A DNA stretch of 64,000 bases from Candidatus Pacearchaeota archaeon (GCA_050124795.1 JASFEO010000001.1:1-64000), one strand, 5' to 3'. Counted from the stretch's first letter, positions 39,202 through 49,016 are shown. A program made the numbers and translations. Notes: generated by a model not told the origin, from the sequence alone.

Positions 39202-39969
39202 ATGTATATTCAATTAGATAAAGAAAAACAAAAGTTAATCATAAAACAATCTATTGCTAAAGCTGGTTCTTATAGAAAATTAGCCAAAGAATTAAAGATT
39301 CCTCTTTCATCAATCTGCGCCTATGAAAATGGTAGAGTAATTCTTAAAGAAAGATTCCAAAAAATAATTAGTTTTTTAAAATTAAATCAAAGCAAATTAG
39401 ATTTCAAGGAATTAGATGACAACTGGAGACAAGTTATTGGGGGTAAAAATTGTGTTAAATCAAAAAAACAAAAAGGGACTTATGAGGAACAATTAAGAAA
39501 GGCTCAACAATCTGGAGCATTAAAATTAAAAGATTGGCATAAATCAATGAAGAAAAATAATCCTAGAAAATACTATGAAATGCAGCATTCTAAATTTAAG
39601 ATGATTGCAGGATATAAATTTATAGCAAAAAAAGGACATAAGGTTAGAAATCTCTTTGAAAAAAAGGTAGCAGATATTTTGCATGAATTAAATATTAATT
39701 ATGAATATGAGCCTTTGGTAAAATCAAGAGGGAAAAACGTCTTTCCTGATTTTGTGGTAAATAAAAAAACAATTTTAGAGTGCACTGCCTGGAGAAATGA
39801 GACAAAGGCATATCAATTAAGGGATAAGATAGAGTATTTAAAAAATAATTATCGTGTGTTTGTGGTGATTCCAAAAGGTTTATATAGATATTATCGGATT
39901 TTAGATAAACGTCTGATTCACGGATTAGATGAATTTGTCCCCGTAGCTCAGACTTTTCATTCGTCATAA
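39202..39969 (+). CDS. HTH + PD-(D/E)XK endonuclease-like protein overlapping tRNA-Asn
   Basis: SYRKLAKELKIPLSSICAYENG (HTH); FEKKVA...YEYEP...FPDF...ILEC. Confidence 0.75.
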   Translation: MYIQLDKEKQKLIIKQSIAKAGSYRKLAKELKIPLSSICAYENGRVILKERFQKIISFLKLNQSKLDFKELDDNWRQVIGGKNCVKSKKQKGTYEEQLRKAQQSGALKLKDWHKSMKKNNPRKYYEMQHSKFKMIAGYKFIAKKGHKVRNLFEKKVADILHELNINYEYEPLVKSRGKNVFPDFVVNKKTILECTAWRNETKAYQLRDKIEYLKNNYRVFVVIPKGLYRYYRILDKRLIHGLDEFVPVAQTFHSS

Positions 39970-40047
39970 AAAGCGAGGAAAAGGAGCAATTGGCAGAGCG
40001 CATGGCTGTTAACCATGGTGTCGTTGGTTCGAGTCCAGCCGGGGACG
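39937..40047 (+). tRNA. tRNA-Asn(GUU) with a 38-nt D-loop intron (39952-39989, position 15/16)
   Basis: Acceptor GTCCCCG/CGGGGAC; anticodon loop CTGTTAA; BHB motif GCTC-AG^A-CTTTTC...GAAAAG-GAGC-AA^T. Confidence 0.92.
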
Positions 40048-40101
40048 TTTTATATTTTCCAAAACAGATATTTATTTAAACTAAGAATTACTAACTATTT
40101 T

Positions 40102-40376
40102 ATGAAAACATTAGATGAAATTAGACAGATTGCATTTCAGATAGATGAACTGGCTCTCTCTCTCAGTTAGGGGATAAAGGAGATTACCTTGTTGGTGTTG
40201 GAATATATTTTACAAATAATCCCGAACATGATTTGCCAAAAGATTATTCTGAAAAATTTTATATTTGTGTTCAAGGTGCAGATGATATGAAAAGACCCGA
40301 TGAATTAAAGCTTCCGGAATATAAGGACGGAATTTTTATCACAGAAGAGCAAACAGGCAGACCACAATTCGCCTAA
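40102..40376 (+). pseudogene. Small hypothetical gene frameshifted in a (CT)n microsatellite (40154-40164)
   Basis: Deleting one CT unit joins MKTLDEIRQIAFQIDELALS to QLGDKGDYLVGVGIY...PQFA*. Confidence 0.6.
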
Positions 40377-40418
40377 GAAATTAATTAATTTTATAAACAT
40401 CTTTCTCTTTTACCAATC

Positions 40419-40973
40419 ATGGACTTAACAAAAGCAATTTACAAAAGAAGAAGTGTAAAAAAATATTCTAAAAAAAAGCCTGACTGGAGAGATATTGTTG
40501 AGGCAATTGATGCATCTAGGCACGCACCAATGGCAGGAAATAATTTTTCATTAAAATTTATAATTATAGATGATGAAGAAAAAATAAAAAAATTAGCTTC
40601 TGCAGCTCAACAGCAATTTATTCAAAATGCTCAGTATGTCGTCGTAGCATGCACAAATCCCTCGAGAACAATTAATGCTTATGAAGAACGAGGAAAAATT
40701 TATTGTCGTCAGCAGGCAGGAGCAGCAATTCAAAACTTTCTTCTCAAACTCGAAGAAAGAAAACTAGCAACCTGTTGGGTTGGTCACTTTGTAGAAAAAT
40801 TAATTAAAGAAGCAGTCGGAGTTCCAGAAGACATTGATGTTGAAGCAATTTTTCCAATAGGTTATGAACAAGGAAAAACTCCAAAAAAATCAAAAACAGA
40901 ATTAAGAAATATTTTATATTTTAACAAGTATGGAAAAAAGGGAATGATAACTCCGAGGCAGTTGGAAGTGTAA
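40419..40973 (+). CDS. Nitroreductase family protein
   Basis: RRSVKKY, APMAGN, LATCWVG. Confidence 0.9.
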   Translation: MDLTKAIYKRRSVKKYSKKKPDWRDIVEAIDASRHAPMAGNNFSLKFIIIDDEEKIKKLASAAQQQFIQNAQYVVVACTNPSRTINAYEERGKIYCRQQAGAAIQNFLLKLEERKLATCWVGHFVEKLIKEAVGVPEDIDVEAIFPIGYEQGKTPKKSKTELRNILYFNKYGKKGMITPRQLEV

Positions 40974-41026
40974 AATATATCTTTTAGAATATAAATCTAT
41001 AAAAAGAAACTAATAATTAATCTTTT

Positions 41027-41506
41027 ATGAAAAAAGAGGAAAAGCCTTGCACTTTTTGTGTTCTTCGTGACAAGGGGGGGCATTTATATGAAGATGAATT
41101 TTTTTATTCAAGGTTTGACAGATTCCCCTGCACCCCGGGGCATGTTGAAGTTATCCCAAAAAAGCATGTTGCAGATTTGCAAGATTTAACCAAAGAAGAA
41201 TGGACTTTTTATTTTCCTGCTATTAAGAAAACATTAGACAGAATAAATAAAACTAATCTTGAAAAATTGTATAAAAGTTATGTTAAAGAACCCTTAAATG
41301 AAAAATCACTTGGTTTTTGCAAAGACGCACTAAAACATCCTTACCTAAATCAGGATTTTGAAGATTGTTTAATTGGCTGGAATAATGGGGAAAAAGCCGG
41401 AAGAACAGTTCATCATTTACATCTTCATATAATTCCTGCGTATCCCGGAGACATCCGCGAAGGAGGGATAAGGCATGCAGTTGAGGGAAAAGGATTTTAT
41501 CGATAA
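41027..41506 (+). CDS. HIT family hydrolase
   Basis: CTFC, PGHVEVIPKKH, HHLHLHIIP. Confidence 0.92.
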   Translation: MKKEEKPCTFCVLRDKGGHLYEDEFFYSRFDRFPCTPGHVEVIPKKHVADLQDLTKEEWTFYFPAIKKTLDRINKTNLEKLYKSYVKEPLNEKSLGFCKDALKHPYLNQDFEDCLIGWNNGEKAGRTVHHLHLHIIPAYPGDIREGGIRHAVEGKGFYR

Positions 41507-41552
41507 AAACTATTAAAATTTTCCTTTAAAAAACAATATGTTTCAGGAAATT

Positions 41553-41816
41553 TCAAATTTTCCCGGCATTTCTATAATCTACTTCAAAATAAGTTGCAGT
41601 CGCCCCGCAAACACTACAAACATAGGTCACTGCATCACCTCCTTCAACATCTATGCTCCTTGGGACCCTTAATTGTTCAACCATAAAATCAAATTTATGA
41701 ATTTTATTTTTAAAATCAACGCATTTCAAAAGTTCTGTTATACTTTTTTTATCAATTTCCATAAAAACAGAATTAAAACTCTCTTTAAAAAGATTGTTGT
41801 GGTATAGCAAAAACAA
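41553..41816 (-). CDS. Small hypothetical protein (CxxC); start likely MEIDKK
   Basis: YVCSVCG. Confidence 0.45.
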   Translation of the reverse strand: MFLLYHNNLFKESFNSVFMEIDKKSITELLKCVDFKNKIHKFDFMVEQLRVPRSIDVEGGDAVTYVCSVCGATATYFEVDYRNAGKI

Positions 41817-41820
41817 AAAA

Positions 41821-41846
41821 CCCTCCCGAAGATTTCTCCTCGGAAG
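41821..41846 (-). terminator. Hairpin followed by a U-rich tract downstream of ftsZ
   Basis: TCTTCCGAGGAGAAATCTTCGGGAGGG then TTTTTTG on the minus strand. Confidence 0.5.
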
Positions 41847-41885
41847 ATTTAATAAATAATTTAATTTGTCATAGACAAATCTTTT

Positions 41886-42965
41886 TTATCTCCAGACTTC
41901 AATACCTAAATCTGAAATTTCTTTACTTACAGGCAAACTGTCACTTGCAACTTCCTTTCCCAAAACATACGGAGACTTAACTCCTGTCATTATTGTTATC
42001 ACTCTCACTTTTCCCGAAAATTCTTTACTAATTCTGGCGCCAATAATGACCTGTGCCTCAGGACTTAAGTTTTCTGAAACTGCTCTGCCGATAACATCAA
42101 ACTCTTCCAGTTTTAAATCAGGTCCGCAAGTTATGTGTATCAACGCGCCCGTAGCACCTGCATAATCCACATCAAGTAGAGGATGAGTAAGTGCCTGTTT
42201 GACTGCATCATTAACACGGTCCTGCGTATTTGATTCACCAATACCAATAACTGAAACACCGCCGTTTCTCATGATAGCAGAAACATCTGCATAATCCAAA
42301 TTAATTAAACTTGGAATTGTTATACATTCGACAATACCCTTAATCATAGTGCTCACAAGTTCGTTCGCCACTGCAAAAGCCTGTTCAATTGGCAGTTGCC
42401 CTGCAATATCAACTAATCTGTTGTTGTCTAAAACAATGCAAGTATCTGTGACTTCTCTTAATTCTTGAAGTCCGAATTCAGCCTTGTCAATTCTTGCTTT
42501 CTCACTTTCAAAAGGCATTGTAACAACTCCTATGACAACTGCGCCGGTTTCTTTAGCTAATTGCGCCACAACCGGAGCTGCTCCTGTTCCTGTTCCTCCG
42601 CCTTCACCGGCAAGAACAAAAACCATGTCCCCGCCTGAGATTGCTTTTTTAAGATCAACAATTGCTTCCTTTGCAGCCTCTCTTCCTCGTGCAGCATTTC
42701 CGCCAGCACCTAATCCACGAGTTAATTCCTTGCCAATTAAGATTTTTTCATCAGCCTTTGTAACACTCAAATGCAATGCATCTGTGTTTGCAGCATAGAC
42801 TGTTGCTCCGTTGACACCTTTGTTGAAAAGCCAGGTAACAAAGTTGCATCCACTGCCTCCAACACCAATAACTTTAATGCTTGCCTTCCCGGCTTTCAGT
42901 TCATCAAAGTTAATACTATGGCTTTCTGCATTTTGTATTGCCTCTTTTGCAAAATCTAATACCAT
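41886..42965 (-). CDS. ftsZ: Cell division protein FtsZ
   Basis: GVGGSGCN, NTD, GGGTGTG, INLDYADV. Confidence 0.97.
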   Translation of the reverse strand: MVLDFAKEAIQNAESHSINFDELKAGKASIKVIGVGGSGCNFVTWLFNKGVNGATVYAANTDALHLSVTKADEKILIGKELTRGLGAGGNAARGREAAKEAIVDLKKAISGGDMVFVLAGEGGGTGTGAAPVVAQLAKETGAVVIGVVTMPFESEKARIDKAEFGLQELREVTDTCIVLDNNRLVDIAGQLPIEQAFAVANELVSTMIKGIVECITIPSLINLDYADVSAIMRNGGVSVIGIGESNTQDRVNDAVKQALTHPLLDVDYAGATGALIHITCGPDLKLEEFDVIGRAVSENLSPEAQVIIGARISKEFSGKVRVITIMTGVKSPYVLGKEVASDSLPVSKEISDLGIEVWR

Positions 42966-43179
42966 TTCTTTTTTACCTCCTTGTAACTCTATTCACCTCT
43001 CACTATGCAAGAGTCGCGCAAAATTAACGAAATGTTTAAATAATTCACGCACTTACATTTATTATAAAGAATTCAGCCTCGTGGATTTAAATTAATTTAA
43101 TCTACATGATGTTTAAATTAATATTAAAAAAATGAGGCTTTTTTTATTTATATAGATTTCTATGGTTTTTTGTATATTT

Positions 43180-43740
43180 CTAAACAACTTTCTCCAACTT
43201 CATAATCTTCCACCAGGCTTTCTCTAATTTTTTATTAGCCTCACTAACAATTATTTTTAAAAAATTTTCATCAACTAAAAGTTTTCCACGTCGCATAATT
43301 GGAAACTCTAATTTCTCAGTTGAATTTAATTCTAGAATAATTTTATTTTTTGAAGTAATCATGCCAGACCTTTTCCAGCCAATCTCTCTTGCCTCGTCCA
43401 ATAACTTTTGAGCATCAGTTAAATTCTCACACGCAACATGAAGTATGCAACTTTCCATTTTAAATTTTATATTTTCTTTTTTATTAATTTCATCTAAAGT
43501 TTTTTTCAATTCTTCAAAACTAATTTTATCATGCCAGACTTTTAAAAATAAATTTCCTCTTTCTTCATCTTTATCAATCAACAAAACAATTCTTCCCGCG
43601 CACGACGAAGTCGTATAAAAATTTTCTTTTTTGTTTATTTTTTCACAAAGCGAAATTATTTTCTTATCCCAACTTCCCTTAGTTGATTTATCTAACTTAG
43701 AAAGAACTGAACTTTTTCTTTGATTAAAATTTGAAGTCAT
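43180..43740 (-). CDS. taw3: tRNA wyosine methyltransferase Taw3/TYW3
   Basis: DKSTKGSWD, YTTSSCAGRI, ILHVAC. Confidence 0.9.
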   Translation of the reverse strand: MTSNFNQRKSSVLSKLDKSTKGSWDKKIISLCEKINKKENFYTTSSCAGRIVLLIDKDEERGNLFLKVWHDKISFEELKKTLDEINKKENIKFKMESCILHVACENLTDAQKLLDEAREIGWKRSGMITSKNKIILELNSTEKLEFPIMRRGKLLVDENFLKIIVSEANKKLEKAWWKIMKLEKVV

Positions 43741-44228
43741 TTTAACTCTTCTTCTAATTCTTCATAAGAAATATATTTCAAATTAATTTTTCTCACAGCA
43801 TCTTTTGGCAACTCTCCTGAAACAAGTTCCTTTATTATATAAACTATCTTTGGACGAAACCATTTTGAGTAAGCAATTTCAACCAAAACCCCTTCCGCAT
43901 AACCCAAACAAATCAACAAGTCAGTTTCTTCATTTAATCTCTCAGGCTGATTTCTCCAGGTTTTGCAATTAATATTTTTTCCGATCTCTTGATTAACCCA
44001 ATCAAATCCAAACTCTTTATCGTCGAGTGGAATTATTGAATAAACTTTTTTCCCTTTATTTTCAATATAACTTTTTGCAAAAAATTCAGACACACTTCCT
44101 TTATCAGGAGTTAAAACAATTTCACATTCAGAAACTTTCTTTGAAATTTCTGAAACTATTCTCTTAGCGTCTTTATTTATTTCTTCAGGAGAAGAAAAAC
44201 TTGTTGGTCCAATTATTCCGATTTTCAT
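43737..44228 (-). CDS. Hypothetical protein, possibly SLOG/Rossmann-like
   Basis: MKIGIIG start; G.L.EI motif. Confidence 0.55.
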   Translation of the reverse strand: MKIGIIGPTSFSSPEEINKDAKRIVSEISKKVSECEIVLTPDKGSVSEFFAKSYIENKGKKVYSIIPLDDKEFGFDWVNQEIGKNINCKTWRNQPERLNEETDLLICLGYAEGVLVEIAYSKWFRPKIVYIIKELVSGELPKDAVRKINLKYISYEELEEELK

Positions 44229-44890
44229 TCTTTCTCCAAAATTTCACATTTAATTTTATCTTCTTCGCAAAGTTCACAAAACTCTTTTGCATCATCAATA
44301 CTTCCGACAATACTTCCATAATGCATTGGAATCGCTAATGTAGGTTTAATTAATTTTACCGCTTCATGCGCTTCTTCTGCAGACATTGTAAATCTCCCCC
44401 CAACAGGTAAAAGCGCAACAAACTCTTTTCCTTCTTTTTTATGACCAGTAAGTTTTTGCATTTCAGGAATTTTGTCAGTATCTCCTGCATGGTAAATTAA
44501 AACATCATGTATCTTAATTAAATATCCCACCCATGACTCATCTTTTGAATGAAATGGTTTGTCAATGTTATAAGCTGCAAGAGCTGAAATTTTAACATCC
44601 CCATAGTTTAATTCATCTTCTTTTTCAATAATTTCTATTTTTATTGGAATACTAAATCTTGTGATTTTGCTCTGGCAACCAGCAGGTGCAACAATCCGAG
44701 TTCCATCTCTAACAATTTTTTGCAAATCAGCCACACTGCAATGATCATAATGACTATGCGTCAATAAAATCAAATCTGCTTTTGGCAAATTTTCTGTTAT
44801 ATTATACGGGTCAATATAAATCACCTTTGAATTTAAAATTAAAAAACCAGAATGACCAAGCCACTTAAGTTCAACATCATTAATTTTCAT
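44225..44890 (-). CDS. Metallo-beta-lactamase-fold hydrolase
   Basis: WLGHSGF, THSHYDH, YHAGDT, PMHYG. Confidence 0.92.
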   Translation of the reverse strand: MKINDVELKWLGHSGFLILNSKVIYIDPYNITENLPKADLILLTHSHYDHCSVADLQKIVRDGTRIVAPAGCQSKITRFSIPIKIEIIEKEDELNYGDVKISALAAYNIDKPFHSKDESWVGYLIKIHDVLIYHAGDTDKIPEMQKLTGHKKEGKEFVALLPVGGRFTMSAEEAHEAVKLIKPTLAIPMHYGSIVGSIDDAKEFCELCEEDKIKCEILEKE

Positions 44891-44914
44891 AAAAATAAAA
44901 ACATGAATTAGTTT

Positions 44915-45428
44915 TTAAAAATTTCCTTCTGGAAACTTTTTCCAACTCTCAACTTTGCCGCCTTTCTTTAATTTCTTATCTAATATTAAAAGCTCTTCAT
45001 AAATTCCCTCAATAAGGTCATAATTTTTTGCTTCGTCAATTGTCACCCATTCGTAATCAGTCAAAGCATTGCATAATTTTACTTCCTTGTTTTCTGTTTC
45101 TGCCCACAAACTAATAATCAGCGACGGAACATTGTCAGACCGAACATAAACCAAACTTGTTACATAATCAAGATTATCAACTGAAATTCCAACCTCCTCT
45201 TTAACTTCTTTTTTTTGCTAAGTCTTCCAAAACATTATACCAATGAACTTTTGTATCTTTTTCCCTTAATGCATAATCCAAGACTTCTAGTTTTCCACCA
45301 GGCACAGTCCATTTATTTGGAAAAGCTTTTTCCCAACTCGCGCGTTTGCAAATTAAAAACTTGTTTTCTTTATCTGCTAAAATCACAGTTGCAGTAACAT
45401 AATGAACCTGATTTTTGTCATATTTCAT
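44915..45428 (-). pseudogene. Nudix hydrolase frameshifted in an A8 run (45209-45216)
   Basis: WTVPGGKLE...LAKK | EVKEEVGI: the Nudix box is split between two ORFs. Confidence 0.8.
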
Positions 45429-45481
45429 AGAAAAAATCCATCACAATTATATTTAAATAGTTCCTCAAAACTTTTGAGTAA

Positions 45482-46084
45482 ATGGAAAGCGAGATACTAA
45501 AAGCATTTCTTTATAACGAGAAATTGAAATTTAACGAGATTGAGAAACTTGCTAAACTGCGCTCAAACAAACTTGCATATCATATTAAAAAACTTGAAGA
45601 AAAAGGAGTTTTACAAAAAGAAAAAGATTTTTACAAATTAAGCGAGGCTGCTGAAAAATTAATTCCTTACTTAAGTGATAAAAGATCAAGCCTATCTGTT
45701 GTTTTAATTGCATTAACTAAAGACAAAAAAGTATTTTTACATTCAAGAAAAAAACGTCCTTTCAAAAATAAATTATCCCTTCCTGGGGGAAGATTACTTT
45801 CCGGCGAAGAAATCAGCGATGCTGTAAAAAGAATGATGAAAGAAAAATTTAGCATAAATGCAAAACTCGAAAAAATAAATTCAATAACACTTGAGCATGT
45901 AAAAAATAAAGACAAAAAAATTCACTCATTCATTTTAATTCTCGTAACAGCCTCGACAAAAGAAAAAATAAAATATACTGAAATCAATAAAAACAAATCA
46001 AAAATTATTCCAAGTGATTATAAATTAATAAAAAGCGATTTGGACAAAGAAATTGAGATTATGACTTTTTTGACATCGGATTAA
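45482..46084 (+). CDS. Winged-HTH + Nudix-like domain protein (possible regulator)
   Basis: SNKLAYHIKKLEEKG; LPGGRLLSGE. Confidence 0.8.
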   Translation: MESEILKAFLYNEKLKFNEIEKLAKLRSNKLAYHIKKLEEKGVLQKEKDFYKLSEAAEKLIPYLSDKRSSLSVVLIALTKDKKVFLHSRKKRPFKNKLSLPGGRLLSGEEISDAVKRMMKEKFSINAKLEKINSITLEHVKNKDKKIHSFILILVTASTKEKIKYTEINKNKSKIIPSDYKLIKSDLDKEIEIMTFLTSD

Positions 46085-46126
46085 TTTTAAAGCAAATTTA
46101 ATAAACCCAATCTTCTTTCCTTTTTC

Positions 46127-47482
46127 ATGGTAAAAATCGGTCTGGAAATTCATGGTTATATTAATACAAAAGAAAAATTATTTTGTAGTTGCGACGCTAT
46201 TCACGGCGTAAAGCACACAAAACCAAACATAAATCTTTGCCCAGTGTGCACTGCGCAGCCTGGTTCAAAACCAAACTTGCCAAATAGTGAAGCAATAAAA
46301 AAAGCAATTCAAATTTCTTTAATTTTAGGTTGCAAAATAAATGAAGAATTAATTTGGCAGCGTAAACATTATGACTGGCCTGACTTGCCAAAAGGCTATC
46401 AAAACACTTTGTCCGGTCCGCACGCAATTCCCGTAGGTGAAAAGGGAAAATTCATGAACATAAAAATTACTGAAGCGCACTTGGAAGAAGACCCTGCTGC
46501 ATGGAACCCAAAAACAGGCGAGATAGACTACAATCGCTCAGGAAGCCCGTTAATAGAAATTGTAACTGAACCTGATTTTAAAGATTCTGAAACTGTGATA
46601 GATTGGCTAAAACAATTAATCGCAACACTCAGTTACATAAAAGCAATTGACAAAAAGTCGGGAATAAAAGCAGATGTCAATGTTTCAATTGAAGGCGGAA
46701 AAAGAATTGAAATAAAAAATATTAATGGACTTAAAAAAATAAAATCTGCAATTGATTCAGAAATTGCAAGACAAAAAAAAGACTTGCCTCTGGAGCAGGA
46801 AACAAGAATGTTTGATGAAGAAAAAAACATTACAATAAAAATGAGAAGTAAAGAAGATGCAGAAGATTATCGTTTTATTGCAGACCCTGATTTGCCGGCA
46901 ATAAAATTAGATAAAAAAAGAATTAAAAAATTAAAATCAAACCTTCCTGAAACGCCTGCAGAAAAACTAAAAAAAATAATTAAAAAACATAAAATAGAAA
47001 AAAAGTCTGCTGAAATTCTAACTAAAAAACTTGACATAGTTAAATTCTTTGAAGAAATCATAGAACGAGCAAATCAAAAATTAGCAATTCGCTGGGTGAC
47101 TGAAGAACTGTTAAGTGTTTTAAATTATAATAAATTAGAACTTGAAGACCTTGAAATAATCCCAAATCATTTTATTGAACTACTTGATTTAATTGAGGAA
47201 AACAAATTAACAGAATTAAAAGCAAAAGAAATTTTAAGAAGCTGGACAAAAAAATCAACTTCCCCAAAAAAAGAAATTAAAAAACATTCACAAATTTCAG
47301 ATAAAAAAGAAATTGAAAAATTAGCAAAAAAAATAATAAAGAAAAATCCTGAAGCAGTTAAAAATTATAAATCCGGAAAAAAACAATCAATTAATTTTCT
47401 CGTCGGGCAGGTAATGCGAGAAACAAAAAACAGAGCAGACTTTAAAATTGTAAAACAAGTTTTGGAAAAAGAATTAAAGTAG
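46127..47482 (+). CDS. gatB: Asp/Glu-tRNA amidotransferase subunit B
   Basis: IGLEIH, RKHYDWPDLPKGYQ, HLEED, PLIEIVTEPD, DVNVS. Confidence 0.95.
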   Translation: MVKIGLEIHGYINTKEKLFCSCDAIHGVKHTKPNINLCPVCTAQPGSKPNLPNSEAIKKAIQISLILGCKINEELIWQRKHYDWPDLPKGYQNTLSGPHAIPVGEKGKFMNIKITEAHLEEDPAAWNPKTGEIDYNRSGSPLIEIVTEPDFKDSETVIDWLKQLIATLSYIKAIDKKSGIKADVNVSIEGGKRIEIKNINGLKKIKSAIDSEIARQKKDLPLEQETRMFDEEKNITIKMRSKEDAEDYRFIADPDLPAIKLDKKRIKKLKSNLPETPAEKLKKIIKKHKIEKKSAEILTKKLDIVKFFEEIIERANQKLAIRWVTEELLSVLNYNKLELEDLEIIPNHFIELLDLIEENKLTELKAKEILRSWTKKSTSPKKEIKKHSQISDKKEIEKLAKKIIKKNPEAVKNYKSGKKQSINFLVGQVMRETKNRADFKIVKQVLEKELK

Positions 47483-47503
47483 AAATTTTGTTATACAAAT
47501 TTT

Positions 47504-48025
47504 TTATTCACAATTTAAAATTTCTTTAGTTTTTGCATTAGTGCATGAAACAATTTGCTTTCTATTATTTTCAACTTGCCAGCGGGCAGGCACAATTTCA
47601 ACTGAATAAAGTATGCCAAAACTTGAATTGCTTAAATTAAAAATATTTATTTCATCAGGATCTCCTGGTTTAAATGAATTTTCAGTACCAATAAACTTAA
47701 CCAAATTTCCAACAACATCCCCTGTATTAAATGATGACAACTCTTTTGTAGCGAGACTTTGGTCTGTTGAATTTGTCGCATAAATAAAATATCCCCCGAC
47801 ATTGAATTTTCCATTATTTATTATAGTTAATTCCAAAATCTGGCTTGTGCAATTATATTCATAATCCTTTAAAAAAAGCGAAGTCTCATCAGGACATGAA
47901 GCAACCTCCCTTGGCACATAAGTTTTCATCCATGAAAAAACCGTAACCCCGATTATAATCGCAAAAGTTATCAATAAAACATATCCAATCATCGGGCTAA
48001 TTCCTTTTTTATTTTTCATTCTCAT
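47504..48025 (-). CDS. Type IV pilin/archaellin-like protein
   Basis: Class III signal KKG|ISPMIGYVLLI. Confidence 0.8.
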   Translation of the reverse strand: MRMKNKKGISPMIGYVLLITFAIIIGVTVFSWMKTYVPREVASCPDETSLFLKDYEYNCTSQILELTIINNGKFNVGGYFIYATNSTDQSLATKELSSFNTGDVVGNLVKFIGTENSFKPGDPDEINIFNLSNSSFGILYSVEIVPARWQVENNRKQIVSCTNAKTKEILNCE

Positions 48026-48035
48026 TTTTCATTCC

Positions 48036-48590
48036 CTATCCATATATAACATATTTTTGTCCCTCAATAACCTGCGAAAGTATAAAATAAAAATTCTCCC
48101 CTGGATTCAATTCAAAACCAAACTCATTAATTTCATCCCCGTAGTGAATCTTTATTGAAATAGTTTCTATATCAAGCGCCCCCTCTTCAAATCCCTGATA
48201 CTCCACCTGCTGCTTTCTTATTTCAAGCGGGCTATATTCTCCCTCATTAATTCCAACATCCACAAGCACTGTTTCATTTAATTGCTGGTAACCCATAAAA
48301 GTTATATTCTGCGCATTTCCAAAAATAAAATAAAGTTCCTGCAAATTCCCAATCTTTGAATATTCCTCAATAAACCCATCTAATAAATTCTCCATTTGCT
48401 CTATTCCAATATTTTCATTATAAATACCATAACTCAAAACCTGCGCACTCTCAATTTCAAGTTCCTGACCAATGTCATACGCACGGGTATATTCCTGTGT
48501 TCGCGAATAATTTGATACAGCAGCAAAACCAATAATCAAGACAATAATCACAAGTGCTGCCATAAGATAAAACTGCCCTCTTTTTTCCAT
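48036..48590 (-). CDS. Pilin-like protein (class III signal)
   Basis: KRG|QFYLMAALVII. Confidence 0.7.
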   Translation of the reverse strand: MEKRGQFYLMAALVIIVLIIGFAAVSNYSRTQEYTRAYDIGQELEIESAQVLSYGIYNENIGIEQMENLLDGFIEEYSKIGNLQELYFIFGNAQNITFMGYQQLNETVLVDVGINEGEYSPLEIRKQQVEYQGFEEGALDIETISIKIHYGDEINEFGFELNPGENFYFILSQVIEGQKYVIYG

Positions 48591-48629
48591 AATAAAAATT
48601 AATCAAAATAAGTTTATATAAGTTATTGT

Positions 48630-48962
48630 TTACTTTGAAAATCTCCTGCTTACAATTTCCAGTGCTTTTCTTTTCGGGCGCTCCTCATAATCATCGCAAT
48701 CATTTTCATCTAAAATATCCGCAAGTTCAATTTGCTTTTTTAATTTCTCCAGATTCTCTGAATCAGTATTATTAAGATTATATTCTATTGTTATGCTTGT
48801 GTGGGAAAAAGGTCTTCTTGAAACCACTTTTGATTCAGCAAGTTTTTGCCTCGGATTTGACTCTTTGCTCCAGACATGCCCGCCATATAATTCATATTTA
48901 TCTGGATATTTTTCAACAACACTAATATATCCAATTCCATTATTAGTATCTAATGTCCACAT
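48630..48962 (-). CDS. Hypothetical protein
   Basis: 110-aa ORF. Confidence 0.5.
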   Translation of the reverse strand: MWTLDTNNGIGYISVVEKYPDKYELYGGHVWSKESNPRQKLAESKVVSRRPFSHTSITIEYNLNNTDSENLEKLKKQIELADILDENDCDDYEERPKRKALEIVSRRFSK

Positions 48963-49016
48963 AAAAAATATAATCTTTTTGTGTTTATATTAATTATCAT
49001 TCTGTAGAATATATTT

